A stretch of DNA of 63,211 nucleotides, filler included, from Diploschistes diacapsis (Eukaryota), in the NCBI GenBank assembly GCA_023645945.1. It is 9 parts of 9 records of this genome, joined end to end, with 100 filler letters (N's around TTAATTAATTAA, not from the genome) between each part and the next. Parts side by side here need not be neighbours in the genome. Positions count along the whole stretch, not along the records: positions 1 to 24,272 come from JALAIB010000244.1; 8 more parts are not named here. The stretch is one strand, 5' to 3'. A program made the position numbers and the translations under genes. Below the pieces are notes generated by a model that was given only the letters and a program-made list of their open reading frames with translations, made no database searches and was not told where the DNA came from. Below are positions 1 through 12,327 of the stretch, in pieces. Positions within the stretch are counted from its first letter, which is position 1; each line of letters begins with the position of its first letter.

Positions 1-479
1 GACTTTCGGAAGAACGGGAGAATAGGAAAAGATGGTCGGGCCGGGCTGGGTTGGGGTCGGTACGACGCTGGGCGTGAGGTTGCCCTGTCCAACGTTATCC
101 CGCCTGGTACATACATGGGCGTTGTAGGGGGGCCAAGAAGGCCGAGAGAGCGAACGAAAGTACGGCAAAAGCAACGATCACGGGGGGCAGATCGGGGGCC
201 CATTTTCGAAATCCCCCCATCCACTGCATATTGTTTCAGCCCCGCCGGGGCAAGGCCTCGTGGATTCCTGACAATTAGATAAGATGGCTAAAACATATCA
301 TCAAGCTCACGGCCGGGTAAGATACGCTGCCTGTGTCCCCCCCCTTTTTCTAAAACTTCATGATAGCCCATAAACATAAATCTGTTTCGTAGCATCTCCC
401 ATAGTTCCCCCCAGCTAAGCGTAGAAGAGAAGCTGGAAGATAACAAGGAGGTGGGACGGTGGATAGCCACGGCACGGGC

Positions 480-2090
480 TCAGGATTTCGCAGCGAACCC
501 GATGCGCGGCCCCATCCCGTCGGCTCCGCGGTCGAACACGACGAAGGCGCTCTTGAGGAAGACGTCGCCGAAGATGTTGAAGGGCACCTGGCCAAGGGTC
601 GGCTGCAGGCCGCCGTAGCATGCTGTCGTCGTCTCCGGTCAGCTTTCCACGTTTGGATATTACAGGGCAGGTGCAGAGGGATAGGCGGGTCCAATACATC
701 GGCAACGACGAGAGAGATCATGGACGAGAGAAAAAGGCTTCGACTCACAGCCGTCCCCGTTCGGCGCATAGTTCAGATACTCCCCCGGCACCACCACCTC
801 CAGCCCTTCGACCTGCACCCTGAACTCCGAGAGCGTCTCGCCGCAGTCGAATATGTACCCCATCATCTGGCTGCTCAGCTGCGCGCTGGCGACTCCGGAC
901 CAGTACGCGGCCGCGATGTCGTCGTCTATCATGATTATCGACGAGCCCGTGTCCGCGATGCCGAAAAGAGCCTGGACCGCTGCGGATGTCTGGTTCGTGG
1001 TGGCGTTGCTACCGACGGCGTAGCCGGTAGGGTTGAACGCCCAGTAGCCTTGAGTGGCGTTAACGAAGGTGTAGATCAAACTGCCAGTGTACGAGGAGGA
1101 GGGAACGGCGCCAAAGGTGTAGCACCCCACTTGGTCGTGGCGGAGGTCGGCGGAGAGGACGGGGAGGGAAATCAGGTTGGAAGATATGAGGTTCGTGAAG
1201 AGGGTCGTTTGGCGAGTGGGCTCGACTAGAAGAGGGAGGAAGTGACGTTAGTGTGGAAGCAGTGAAAGTGGAACAAGCGGAGGAAACGAGCTAACATCCG
1301 GATCTGACAACGGCAATCGGAGCATACCCGAGTTAAGCACGTCAAACCCCAGGCCCACAAGACCATCTGACTGGTAGAAATCACCCGTGGACCCTGCGGC
1401 GACCTCAATCGCTTGCTTCTGGACAGTCGTCCCTCCGATAGTGAGGCTGTCCGAGTACACACTCCCTTCCGACGCGCTACCATCGCCGTACTGAATGTAG
1501 AACATCTCGCCAGGTAGCAGCGAGGCGCTCGAGCTAGGAACGTAGACGGTCTGGTTTGGCAGGACGCCATGGGCTTTGCGTCCAAAAACCCAGCTAATCT
1601 GCATCAGCATTCGTTGGTCAATGTCGAGAGTCATGGAACGCTCGAGGTAAACGGGCAAATCTCACAGATCGGAACTGCCAGTATCAAAGTCCAGCAAGAA
1701 ATCTTGATCTCCGATAGTCACAGCCGTATTATACTCTTTGTCCCAGGATGAGGGCACAGCCGAGAGTGGCCCTATACTACCGCTGCCCGCACTCTTATCC
1801 TTGCTTTGACCGCTGTTCTCAAAAGTATGGGACTTGGGTCCATGCTTGACTGCTAATGCCGAAAGCTTGTCGACAAGGTCCTTCGAGGCTCCATGCTTGC
1901 GCATAGCAATGGCATAGGCAGCAAGACCGCGGTGGTAAGGGAAATCGGGAGAAGCTTTGCTAGCAGGTACTTTGACGGTGATGGATGAGCCTTTAGCGGA
2001 AGCGATAGGAGCAGCTGTGGTCAGACGGAGGAGGGGGAGGAGAAAAGCCAGGCAAAGCCCCCATGAGAGCTTTCTAGGGAGCGAGATCAT
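480..2090 (-). CDS. Secreted pepsin-like aspartic protease (family A1, aspergillopepsin-like), 4 exons
   Basis: Signal peptide MISLPRKLSWGLCLAFLLPLLRLTTA. Both catalytic motifs present (DFDTGSSDLWV, IADTGSS), plus flap YGDGS, DGLVGLG and C-terminal IFGDVFLKSAFVVFD...IGFA. GT-AG introns at 1594-1665, 1226-1327 and 623-748 restore one frame; TGA at 480-482. Confidence 0.93.
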
Positions 2091-3652
2091 GGTAGTGCTA
2101 ACGGTGAGCTTGGAGTTGGAATTGGGGTCAGATCTAAAAGAGATTGTGCGTACTCGAGGCCGAAGGAGAGGCTCAAGCTGGATGCTGAAGTAACTCAGAA
2201 GTTCATCACAAGGCTTTCTCAGCACAAACACTTGAGAGAAAAGAAGGAAGGTAGAAAAGTTCTTATATCCGCCTGGGATCAAAACGTGAAACAATAACGG
2301 GGCGATTTCAACAGAGTGAGTGTGTAGAACCTAGAACTGTTTGCTGTTTGAAACAGGAAGAAGCTCCGGTTGAGACTGACAGGACGAAGCAAGCAGGATG
2401 CCCGACTCGCAACTTCCGGCGAACCTTACAACAGCTACTACTGTGCACTGGTACTTGCTGTTTTGCACACTCCAATCTGTTTTGCTGCAAGGGATAGATT
2501 CTGCACTGCCAAAAGGCACAATCGTTTGCCAAATGCGGTGGATTGCCCTGGACATCAAAAGCCAGAAACGCGTGTTCTTGAATGGTACTGTATAACGGAA
2601 TGAAAAGCAGCTTGCCTTTGAATCTTCTCGTTTTCTTGTTTGTTCTAGGAAAATCCTTGTGTCCCCAGGACGGCAGCGTGCAGCTTGACTGATGGACTCT
2701 GGAATTCCACGTCCGATAGAAAAAGATGGACCCATCGAATGTACATGCAAATAGTCTGGCATCAAAAACAAGTATAGAACTATGGCTGCTCTCGGCTAGC
2801 GACTACGCTTGACGCACATCATGCTCACATCAAGCTTGATGATGCATTTAACTCACCACGACCGACATCAGTCTACCTACTCGCAGCCTCTTGCCTTCGA
2901 CTCTGCAGCTTTCTTTACCTCTACTCTTCGCATCAGCTGTCAGGGCGAGCTGCATCCTGCAAAGGTTGGCCTCGACATTCCCTTGTACATACCTAGTAGC
3001 GCTTGATTCGAACTATTCTACCCGGCAGGTAACAGAGAGTACTGATAGATGTGTCACTGATTTGCCGGTTGCACATCAACGACGGACGGGAGGAGAAGGG
3101 CTCGGGCATCGATGGTGCAAACCTTGGGCAATCGTGGAGAACAGTCTGGCTTCAACCGTCCATGTGCAGTGAGAGATCGAAGCTGGGACCGAGGTTTGCT
3201 CATCGCCGTAATCGAAGAGCGATGACGGGGTAGTTGCGCAGGCTGTCGTGGCTGTCCCCCGCGAAGGCCATGAGTAACGGCAAACACACAAGGACGATGC
3301 CACCAAAAACATATATTGTCGTATCTCGAAGGCCAATCAAAGCGCAGCATTTACAGTCTTCTATAAGGATTTGATACACACGGAGCACACAATGATTCTT
3401 CCCGAGTACAACGTTTGATATGAAAGTCCCGTCTCTAAACGCAAATGCACTACTTCTGTACTATCTTATAGGAACCGAAATGATTTACCCTGCGCCAAGT
3501 GTATATACCGATGCCAACATTATGCATCATGGCCACCAAGTCTCCATCGTTCCTCGAACACGCTGCACCAAAATCAACTCACAACCTCCACCCTAATTGA
3601 TCATACACCACACTATCCCTCTTCAGCACCGTAAATCGGCTTAGCCCCATGC

Positions 3653-4080
3653 CTACTCATCCCTTCGTCCCCCACGCCTCATCCAGGCCCTGCCGAAACT
3701 CACTCTTCTTCCCATCCTCCTTCGCCCGTACCTCCTCAAAGTACACGCACGCCGCAGAACGCCGCATAGAACGCCGGACTGTCCGCTCCGTCCACAGGCC
3801 CGAGGCCGCTCTTGCCACCCTTCTTGCGAAAAGCGAGCAGCTAGCTGGCGGTCACGTGTGTCTGGGCTGCCACGGAGATGGGTCTCGACGGAGGCCTTCT
3901 TGGTGAGCTTTGGGTGCGCGCCCAGGAACATGGCCAGGTGTCGGCGCAGGGAGGATGCTGTTCGTAGAAGGGGACGGTGCCGGCTTCCTCGCCGTCGAGG
4001 TGGATGCCCGACACATTGGGGAGGGTTTTTTCTTTGAGGTCCATTTTCTTGGCCTTACGGGCCGTTTTGGCTTTGGCGGT
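3653..4080 (-). pseudogene. Frameshifted relic of a conserved fungal hypothetical protein (DUF7726-like)
   Basis: Segments LPNVSGIHLDGEEAGTVPFYE, GPVDGADSPAFYAA and CVYFEEVRAKEDGKKSEFRQGLDEAWG lie in different frames. They resemble a recalled family pattern (I.L.GE....V..Y ... S..FYAAYVFFEK.R...GK.KS..R). A short tandem duplication at ~3750-3775 shifts the frame. Family name is from memory. Confidence 0.6.
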
Positions 4081-4445
4081 CGTTCCTCTAATCTAAAAAC
4101 AGTAGTTAAAAAGACTTCATGAAACTATATCGTACCCAGTTGGTGTTATTAGCAAGCGTTTAACTAAGTGAGTACCTAAGTAGCATGGATTGAGAAAGGT
4201 TGAGGAGGAAACATTGAATAGAATATTGCTAATCCATTGATAATAGGAATTAGACGATGAATATCTCGAATGGGTCTTATGATGTATTCCTTCAGTCCTG
4301 ACTTTGCTAATATTTTCTTAGATGTGACACGCTACAGGGCCACACATAGGTCGATACTGACCAAGGGCATATCATGGTGTAAAACACAGGGGAAAAAATA
4401 CTCGGGCTTGTAACGATGTTGCAGAACGGAGGGAGTAGAAGCTCC

Positions 4446-4544
4446 AGGCATAGCATCGGTGATGCAAGCCAAATGGAATAGATTTCAGCAAGCAGGAGCT
4501 TTCAAGGCATGGCATCGGTGATGCAACCAGACGGAATAGACTTT
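4446..4544. repeat. Two-copy imperfect tandem repeat, period ~59 bp
   Basis: aggcatagcatcggtgatgcaagccaaatggaatagattt versus aggcatggcatcggtgatgcaaccagacggaatagacttt. Confidence 0.75.
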
Positions 4545-6279
4545 AAGGATCCAAGAGCTGATGCTCGAATAGAGCAGATAGAAACCAAAGTAAGTAAATC
4601 CTCCCCCAAAGTACACTATAATACCATTTCCTTGGATTGAAACCCTTTGAAGAAAATAATAAAAGAGTCTGGACTTCTAGACCTTTCCTTTTTTGCTGTT
4701 TTGACCGCTAATGGTCTTGATCTCCATCGTCTTTTATCATCATCCATACTGCCATCGATAGAGAGATCTGTGCAGCCTGTTATGAAATTGTACTTAGGTA
4801 AGTGGAGCGCTGTTGCTCCTATAGCGTGACCAAAGACGTGGTCATCCTGCATTCAACCACTCGTGAGCGTGATTCGCAACCTATACTGGTCTTTACGAAT
4901 CCGTGTTGTACCGAGTCGACGAGTGGAGAGTTGATACTCTATCTGTAAGCTTGCCATTAAGTACAGCCAAGGCGCCCTATTTGGGGTCCAGGCTCAGACG
5001 CTGTGCGAGGAAAAGGCTTTGTGAAAAGCCGAGAAGAAGACGGCTCAAAGATCCAAATATCGATACAGGAGTAATGCAAGCTGAGACTGCGGCTCAGGTA
5101 CCATAGGATTATCACATAGACTGAAACCATACCATTTGCATTGCTCGAGCTCTCTTATATACTCTCGAACTTCGCAGCCTTTGCGATCCCAAACGCCATT
5201 ATCCTGAAGCCCTGCAGAAACACACCTCACTCGTGAATCCCATGACTCTTATTCCCATAGTATCAAAAGGACATGTTCTTACCATATATTGCTTGATTTC
5301 TGTCGTCTGGTATGCATAGCCTTCCTTACCTGCTCACTATGCGCTTTGCCCACCGCTAACACTGTTCCTCCCTTCTCTTGATCCCAAACTCACCTCTTGC
5401 TTTTGGCGACTCCTGCACCTCCGCCGGCGGACCGAAGTAGGTGGAGTATTTGGATGGCTGTTGCTCGAGGCTACTGGCGCAACGTAATGCAGTCACCGAC
5501 GACCCCAATGGCCAAGCACGGACACAGCGGAAGCAGCTCTGGAACTTCCCATTCGCAGGCCCGGATATGAGAGATGCGTACCTACTGCTGCACCGCAACT
5601 ATTCCATGGACCTGGACTGGAAAGGTCATCGAGGACATCAGCACCAACTATGCAAGCCATGGGTGTCTGGTAATCTCGGAGTATTTATAGTGCTCACGAT
5701 ATTCCTTCTTCAATCAGTTAGAACCTTTTAACTAGGCAGAAAATGTACTAGCGAAGTCACATCCTATTACCATTAGTATTGGAACTGGGAGTGGCATGGG
5801 GAAGTCCCTCGACCTGAAAACTCCATGTTGGAAACACCGGTATCTCCGTAAAGCTTTTCGAGCGATCCGTCGAAGCTTGAAGCTCTAAACCCACCAGGGC
5901 TAGCAAGTGTGGCTAGTGAGGCTAGTGTGTGAGGCGCAGCTTGTCGGAGTTCAAGTTTTGAGGAGCTTCGATTCCGTCATTTGATTTCATGATATGACAT
6001 CTGAGAAGCCGAAGGAGGTTTTAAGGAGGACAGAGAGACCATGTATAGCAGTCTCGTGGCAGAAGGAATTCCTGCTTCTGAGCCGGCGATTTAACCCTAC
6101 AGCCTTTTGTGTTTATTCTTTGTATTCGTAATGGTCTTGGAAACACGCTCAACCTGCCAGCACCCTCGTATCCTCGCATCGTCCAAGGTTGCAGCTTGCC
6201 AGAATCAGCTTGCCAGAATTGGTCGGACCCTTGCAGTCCTTCTGCAAGCCAGGTAAATTCCTTGGCCCGTTCTATTAGC

Positions 6280-9200
6280 ATGAGTGCCACGATAATGGCT
6301 TCGGAAGCAGACGAGCGCAACAGACTTGAACCTTCTCATCTGTCAAAGGTTATGGAGGCCCCAGAGGATATCGTGCGGCAGGATTCGGGAGAAGACTCTA
6401 ACTCTCCAGATGAGTTTGCTGCTCAGAATGCGCCGGGACACGATCAGGCATACTATGACCATTCAACACAAATGATCTATACACCAAGTAGCCCGGTCGA
6501 TACGGTCACGTCATTGACGAATTACAGTTCCAGTCAGCCTTCGTGGAATCCCTACGTGCAAGCCCAGCAGCAGCAACAACAACTGCAGCAGCCGCATCCG
6601 GCAAGGAAAGGTAGTGGCACAAGCTTTGATGGCGCGTCGGCCGCTGCCAACAGAGTTCCGAGTCCTCGTCCTCTCAGGCCCACGGTACCGATGCGAACCC
6701 CTTCGAGCACGTACAACCCGCAACGACGACCCCCTCGCTTCATCGCACTTAACGGTAATCAACGATCAGCGTCGAATACACGGAGAGGAAGGAATCCTGA
6801 AGCACAATATCAAGCGCAGGAGAGGGCATACATTCAACAACTACGCCAGGATCCGCATGGGTACTTCAGCCAGGAGCCCTACACGCCCAGCCTGGGGGGT
6901 TACAGCTCTCTGTCAGAAGACGAGGTCGAATCCCCAAGCACGGACGCCCAGCTCGACAATGATTTCTATGATCAGGATGTTCAGCTCTTCTACAACGCAG
7001 ACGATATGCAGCCATCGCAAGAGGAGATGCAAGTGCCTGAAAACAGGGAGAGGCTAGAGTGGCACTCAATGTTGGCCTCTGTGCTCAAGGGAGATGTCGT
7101 CAAGCAGGAGAAACAAAGGCTGATAGGTACAACGGAACAGCAAGGAGGCAAGTCGCTAAGCAACGAGATCTGGATGGGTTTGCGATCAAAAGTCTGCGGA
7201 AGAGGTCTTGCGGCTCAGAAGCGGTTGGTCGAAGAGGCCAGGTCCAAGATCAGCGCGGATGTGGAAGCAATCATCAATTTCGAGATCAAAGGGGAAACTG
7301 AAGCCGGGAAACCTGCCTCCGAGCAGGTACGGGATATCGTTGAGCAGATTGAGAAGTGCGAGAGCCTCTACCCGACGCGAGCAGCGCTCAAAACTGCAGT
7401 GCCAAGAGCCGGGTCCAACGATTTCAGACGCAGCTGCGAAGCTGTTGTAGCCTGGCACAACACTACAGTGATGATCAACACCGAGCTGTCAGTCTTGCAA
7501 AAATGGGTTTGTAACGAGGAACTTGACTTTGCAAGAACTCGCGCTCGCTCGCCTAGCGGCACCGGGCTGTCGGACGAGTCTTCCTTCCTGGACCGTATGC
7601 TCAAAGAGGAGACGCTGCAGTCATTGCAGGGGAACTCTAGTCTCCTGGTCGGCATTAGAGAGGTCCTCCAAAAAGCCAAGACCACGCTCATTGACAATGC
7701 AGAGGCATTCTCGCAACGGCATCTGCCCCCTTATATCGAAGAACTGCTCACGCTCATGAACTTCCCTTCGCGACTCATACAAGAGATCATTCGCATGCGC
7801 TTGAAGTATGCCAAGAAAATGAAAGAATCGGGACAACAAGGGCATTTCATGACCGAGCAGATGATCCAGCAGTTTCAGGTTTTCATGAAGCTCGCCGTTC
7901 GGATAAAGAACGAATACAAGGTCTTGTCTCAGCCGGTCAAAGGATGGGAGCTTCCACCTTGCATCGACGAGAATTTCGACCAAAGTGTGCTGGAGGCTCT
8001 GAAGCACTACTTTAAGCTGCTCAACTCCATGCTCGTCATGAACAAGAACACCTTCAAGGAGGCGGAAATTCTGGAGTCTGAATGGGAATTCTGTAACGAA
8101 ATTGGCCGACAGCTGGATGGTGGTGATGTTGAAGTCGCAGAGCAGTTCAGTGGACTCACAGCCAAATCGCTGCAGCGTCTGACCTCCCACTTCGAGCGCG
8201 AACTGCAGAGGAAGCCCGATGAAAGGGGGCAAGATATGGACAAGCGCTACAAGCAGATGCTCGATTCCGTCCGAGTGCGCCAATTGAAGCTCTTACGATT
8301 TTCAAAATTCTTGAGCCAGCGGTTCGAAAATGCTAGCGAGTACAATATCAACTTGCAAAGAACTCATATGCAGGAGCTCTACGATGCATTGGTAGTATCC
8401 GGTCACTTTATGGTACAACCGACAAACCCTCTCCAGGAGGGTGTTTATCTGATCGCTTCGTCTACCTTGTATAATCAACCAAGTGCGATTGTGTCCATGT
8501 TGGGAACGTCCTTCATGAGCGAGAATACGATAGAGGACCCCACCAATCCTTACATCCTGGTGCTTCGGCCAGAAGAGCCCATACAGTGGGACGGCAACCG
8601 TCTCGAGGTAGACGTTAATGGCTTCAACACAGATATTCGGCCGGCGAGACTGCGCCTTGTCGCTGATGGTTCTCAGCAGCGGCTGTCGAGCGCTAGGCAA
8701 AGCTTTGTCGAGTCGACCAACATACGGCTGGACGTACTGACCGAACAGCGAGCCAACCTGCCGAGGGTGAACGTGGAGCTAGGCAGGATCAAGAAAACTA
8801 CATACAAGCTCTCAAACACCATCATGGACAGTGTCGAGACAATCAGAAAGCAGACGAACGGCCAGGAGAATCAAGAGCTGATCCAAACGTGTTTTGGCTT
8901 TGCTACAGAGTTTGGTAAACGTTCGGTGGGTTACATGGACATGAACAGACGAATGATGAACAATATCAGGCTCACTCGGCTCGCGCTGGATTGGGTCAGC
9001 TTCATCTGCGACGACTGCGTTGCATCAGACCGCAAGACTTTCAAATGGGCCGTGGTTGCGCTTGAGTTTGCCATGATCATGACTCGTGGGCCAAATATCA
9101 TATCAATCAGCGACGAAGAGTTTACCCGCCTACGTGTCAAAGTGGCTGGATGCATGTCTCTCTTGATCTCCCACTTTGATATCATGGGCGCTAGGTCGAC

Positions 9201-10431
9201 GATTGCTGCCCAAGCAGAGAAGCAGCGCGTCGAAGCTATAGTCGGCCAGCTTCGCAAACTCGATGTAAGCAAACTAAAGACCGATGCCGAAGCCTCGGAA
9301 CTGGTACGTGCTCAATGGTGCGAGCGAGTCGCCGAGCTAGACGAAATGCGGAAGCAAAAGGAATATGAACGCCGTGTTCTTGGCCGCGTGCTCGAAGAAA
9401 CCAACGAGGCCGATCGCTCCCTCACCTACCTCTCCTCTTCCGCTACCAACGTCAACCTGCGCTGGCAGCAGGGCGCCTACGTGGGTGGCGGCACCTTCGG
9501 TTCCGTCTATGCAGCGGTCAACCTCGACTCAGGCCAGGCAATGGCCGTCAAGGAAATTCGACTCCAGGACCCCCAGCTCATTCCTACAATTGCCCAGCAA
9601 ATTCGCGACGAAATGGGCGTTCTCGAGGTTCTCGACCATCCCAATATCGTGGCATATTTTGGCATCGAGGTACACCGCGACAAAGTCTGCATCTTCATGG
9701 AATACTGCTCCGGCGGCTCACTAGCCAACCTGCTCGAGCACGGGCGCATAGAAGACGAAACCGTGATCCAAGTCTACGCCCTCCAGATGCTCGAGGGCCT
9801 AGCCTACCTGCACTCCTCGAACATCATCCACCGCGACATCAAGCCCGAGAATATCCTCCTCGACCACAACGGCATCATCAAATACGTCGACTTCGGTGCC
9901 GCCAAGATCATCGCCCGGCAAGGCAAGACGCTAGCCGCGGACCCGCACAACCATGGCGGCCCGCAAGCACGCGTGCCCAACAAGCAGAAGTCCATGACCG
10001 GTACGCCCATGTACATGAGCCCCGAGGTGATTCGTGGCCAGAACGAAGGGCGGCAGGGCGCCGTCGACATCTGGTCGCTGGGCTGCGTGATCCTGGAGAT
10101 GGCATCCGGCCGTCGGCCCTGGGCCACGCTCGACAACGAGTGGGCCATCATGTACAACATCGCGCAGGGCAACCCGCCGAGCTTGCCGAGCAGGGAGCAG
10201 CTGAGTGCCGAAGGGTTGGACTTTTTGAGGAAGTGTTTCGAGAGAGATCCGAGGAAAAGGGCGACAGCGGCGGAGCTGCTGACAACGTCGTGGATCATGC
10301 AGATTCGCGAGCAGATGCAGCTGGGTGTTGGGGTTGATGGGGGGGAGTTGAATACGCCAAGTAGTGAGGGCGGAGATGGTGTAGGGACTGGGGAGGCGAT
10401 TAGGGTTGCGAGCTATTCGCAGATGAGTTGA
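6280..10431 (+). CDS. SSK2: HOG-pathway MAP kinase kinase kinase (Ssk2/Ssk22/SskB/Wis4 type), intronless
   Basis: Long ORF with first ATG at 6280. N-terminal Ssk2-family block (ERLEWHSMLASVLKGDVVKQEKQRL). C-terminal STE11-type kinase: GGGTFGSVY, MAVKEI, HRDIKPEN, DFG, GTPMYMSPE, DIWSLGC, WAIMYNIAQG. Exact start codon uncertain. Confidence 0.95.
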   Translation: MSATIMASEADERNRLEPSHLSKVMEAPEDIVRQDSGEDSNSPDEFAAQNAPGHDQAYYDHSTQMIYTPSSPVDTVTSLTNYSSSQPSWNPYVQAQQQQQQLQQPHPARKGSGTSFDGASAAANRVPSPRPLRPTVPMRTPSSTYNPQRRPPRFIALNGNQRSASNTRRGRNPEAQYQAQERAYIQQLRQDPHGYFSQEPYTPSLGGYSSLSEDEVESPSTDAQLDNDFYDQDVQLFYNADDMQPSQEEMQVPENRERLEWHSMLASVLKGDVVKQEKQRLIGTTEQQGGKSLSNEIWMGLRSKVCGRGLAAQKRLVEEARSKISADVEAIINFEIKGETEAGKPASEQVRDIVEQIEKCESLYPTRAALKTAVPRAGSNDFRRSCEAVVAWHNTTVMINTELSVLQKWVCNEELDFARTRARSPSGTGLSDESSFLDRMLKEETLQSLQGNSSLLVGIREVLQKAKTTLIDNAEAFSQRHLPPYIEELLTLMNFPSRLIQEIIRMRLKYAKKMKESGQQGHFMTEQMIQQFQVFMKLAVRIKNEYKVLSQPVKGWELPPCIDENFDQSVLEALKHYFKLLNSMLVMNKNTFKEAEILESEWEFCNEIGRQLDGGDVEVAEQFSGLTAKSLQRLTSHFERELQRKPDERGQDMDKRYKQMLDSVRVRQLKLLRFSKFLSQRFENASEYNINLQRTHMQELYDALVVSGHFMVQPTNPLQEGVYLIASSTLYNQPSAIVSMLGTSFMSENTIEDPTNPYILVLRPEEPIQWDGNRLEVDVNGFNTDIRPARLRLVADGSQQRLSSARQSFVESTNIRLDVLTEQRANLPRVNVELGRIKKTTYKLSNTIMDSVETIRKQTNGQENQELIQTCFGFATEFGKRSVGYMDMNRRMMNNIRLTRLALDWVSFICDDCVASDRKTFKWAVVALEFAMIMTRGPNIISISDEEFTRLRVKVAGCMSLLISHFDIMGARSTIAAQAEKQRVEAIVGQLRKLDVSKLKTDAEASELVRAQWCERVAELDEMRKQKEYERRVLGRVLEETNEADRSLTYLSSSATNVNLRWQQGAYVGGGTFGSVYAAVNLDSGQAMAVKEIRLQDPQLIPTIAQQIRDEMGVLEVLDHPNIVAYFGIEVHRDKVCIFMEYCSGGSLANLLEHGRIEDETVIQVYALQMLEGLAYLHSSNIIHRDIKPENILLDHNGIIKYVDFGAAKIIARQGKTLAADPHNHGGPQARVPNKQKSMTGTPMYMSPEVIRGQNEGRQGAVDIWSLGCVILEMASGRRPWATLDNEWAIMYNIAQGNPPSLPSREQLSAEGLDFLRKCFERDPRKRATAAELLTTSWIMQIREQMQLGVGVDGGELNTPSSEGGDGVGTGEAIRVASYSQMS

Positions 10432-12327
10432 GGAGCGGCAATGGGAGTGATGACGGTGTTTGACGGTGTTTGTTGGTAGTGGGTAATAGGGTCTATGTGT
10501 GCTTTTCCTGTTCTTTATCTGTATCTTGTTGGAGCAAAATGGGCCACTGCAAGCACGGCGTTCATTGGGGGGCAATGCTTCGAGTTCCTCACGCATACGC
10601 ATCGTCATTACTATTATGGTAGGCTGGTTGTTTGGTTGTTCTTCGTCTATGGAGCAACAGGTATTGATGGCGCACATTACCTCCTCGGTCTGTGGCAAGG
10701 AGCGAACTTTGAGCATACTGGAGAGTCGAAGGAGGGGAGCATATCGGCATGACAATTTATTGTTCGCGCTCGGATTGTACTGACAGAAAACATAATCAGC
10801 GAAGGAGGACTTGAGGCCTACGTACATAGTGTGTGATCTCGGTGTTTCTGATGGTATGATATTTATGTATCGCTAAGTGTATGTAATTCAAGACCCACAA
10901 CCTCTTTGAAATCAAAATTTTGGTCATCGGCAAAGAACTGAGGCATACTATTCTTTGATATAAAACGTAATAGGCTCTTCATCTAGTAGTTACCTTATTT
11001 ATATACTACAGCAACATCATTCCGCATTCCCTCTAATATCGCTTTAACAATTGCTCTCCCCAACTCCAATGCAACGTCCCGGCGCCTCATTTCGCACAAT
11101 CAATCATCTCGACCTTCTTCTCTTCAGCCGCTCCGCTGACCTCAGCACCGGAATCCGCCTCCCGTCTTCACAAGAACGCTCCTCCACTCCAGCACCTTCC
11201 GCAACGCCTCATTATAAGCCGCGGGGACAGTCTCTCACGTGTGTCCGCAGGAACCGAACCAAGCAACTATGTGCCGTCACCCGACGTGACAAGACTCGAG
11301 TCGAACCCAGGGAGCCCGCAAATGTCGCTGCACAAGCTGATTGTCCAGCACGTTCGCTCCAACCAGGACGATCGCCGCTGCACCCAGGAACTGGGCGAAG
11401 AACATTAGCGACGTCTCGACCGGCACCTGCCCTATTGGCAGAACCGTGTGCGCGGGCGAGATTGGGTGCTCGGAAAACAGAACAAAGGCCCCTGCTGGAG
11501 CCGTATGGGACTTGGTAGACGGACCCCGCTTCCAGTTGGCTGTGTCCACCTGATGGGTCATGGAGACCAAGATCAGCAGGAGCGTAAGATAGTATTCGTG
11601 GCTCACTGCTCCTGGTGGGTGTGGTCCGATTTGGCTCATATCACGTCCGTCTGCAACATCATGGAGCGCCTCGCCGGTCAGGGTCGGACCCGAGTCCGAT
11701 GAGTCTCCAGCAGCCTGTTCCGCACTTTGGGGGAGTCATTGGGCGCATCGGATGATATCGAAAGAGTGGGAGCAACAAGGCCGGAAAGTATACCTTACGA
11801 ACGAGAATTGAAAGGAAACCTGCGGGTTTGAGAGAGACCGAAACTATATTTCAGAATCTAGTAGAAAGCTTGCTGTCACAAAGGTACTGTTCATCTGGCT
11901 CCTGCGAGACACTGGGTTTTCAACGACTATATTTCGAGGGGAAAAAGGTGAAAAGTGACAAGCATGAGTGAGGGCATGGGAAAGCTTGCAGTTCCTAACC
12001 GCCCAGGCTGTTCGGTAGCATACATCTCTTGATTCAATTCAAGAGAGAGATTGCTTGGTCGGGCTTTAGTAAAGCCCGATTGGGCGGATGGTCACATGAT
12101 CATCTGCATCCGATCCCGCTCGTGAATTCTCATGACTATGCACACGTAAACGCACCCAAATTCTTTTCAAGAATGCACTCGTATAGCTTTGCGCGGCCTG
12201 CTTTGACGCTTAACAAGTTGAAAACAACATTCCAAATGCCTAATACCTGGTCAAGACCTTCCCGTTCTCCTTACCTCATCAAGCGCTTATATCTTGCACG
12301 TAGGGATCGGGGCTACACGCGCTCTTA

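Noticed and set aside
459..1229. 256-aa plus-strand ORF and other long antisense ORFs (7621-8283, 20696-21343, 29994-30596)
   Set aside because: Shadow ORFs opposite GC-rich real genes.
2891..3172. Small secreted Cys-containing protein (LQLSLPLLFASAVRASC...)
   Set aside because: No in-frame ATG (TTG start, stop at 2849 upstream) and no supporting exon structure found.
4616..5230. Protein kinase remnant (LAVKTAK)
   Set aside because: Only one kinase-like word; no HRD/DFG motifs found in adjacent frames.
11322..11702. ORF with one internal TAG (MSLHKLIVQH...*RRLDRHLPYWQNR)
   Set aside because: Could be a pseudogene, but no family is recognisable, so there is not enough evidence to annotate it.
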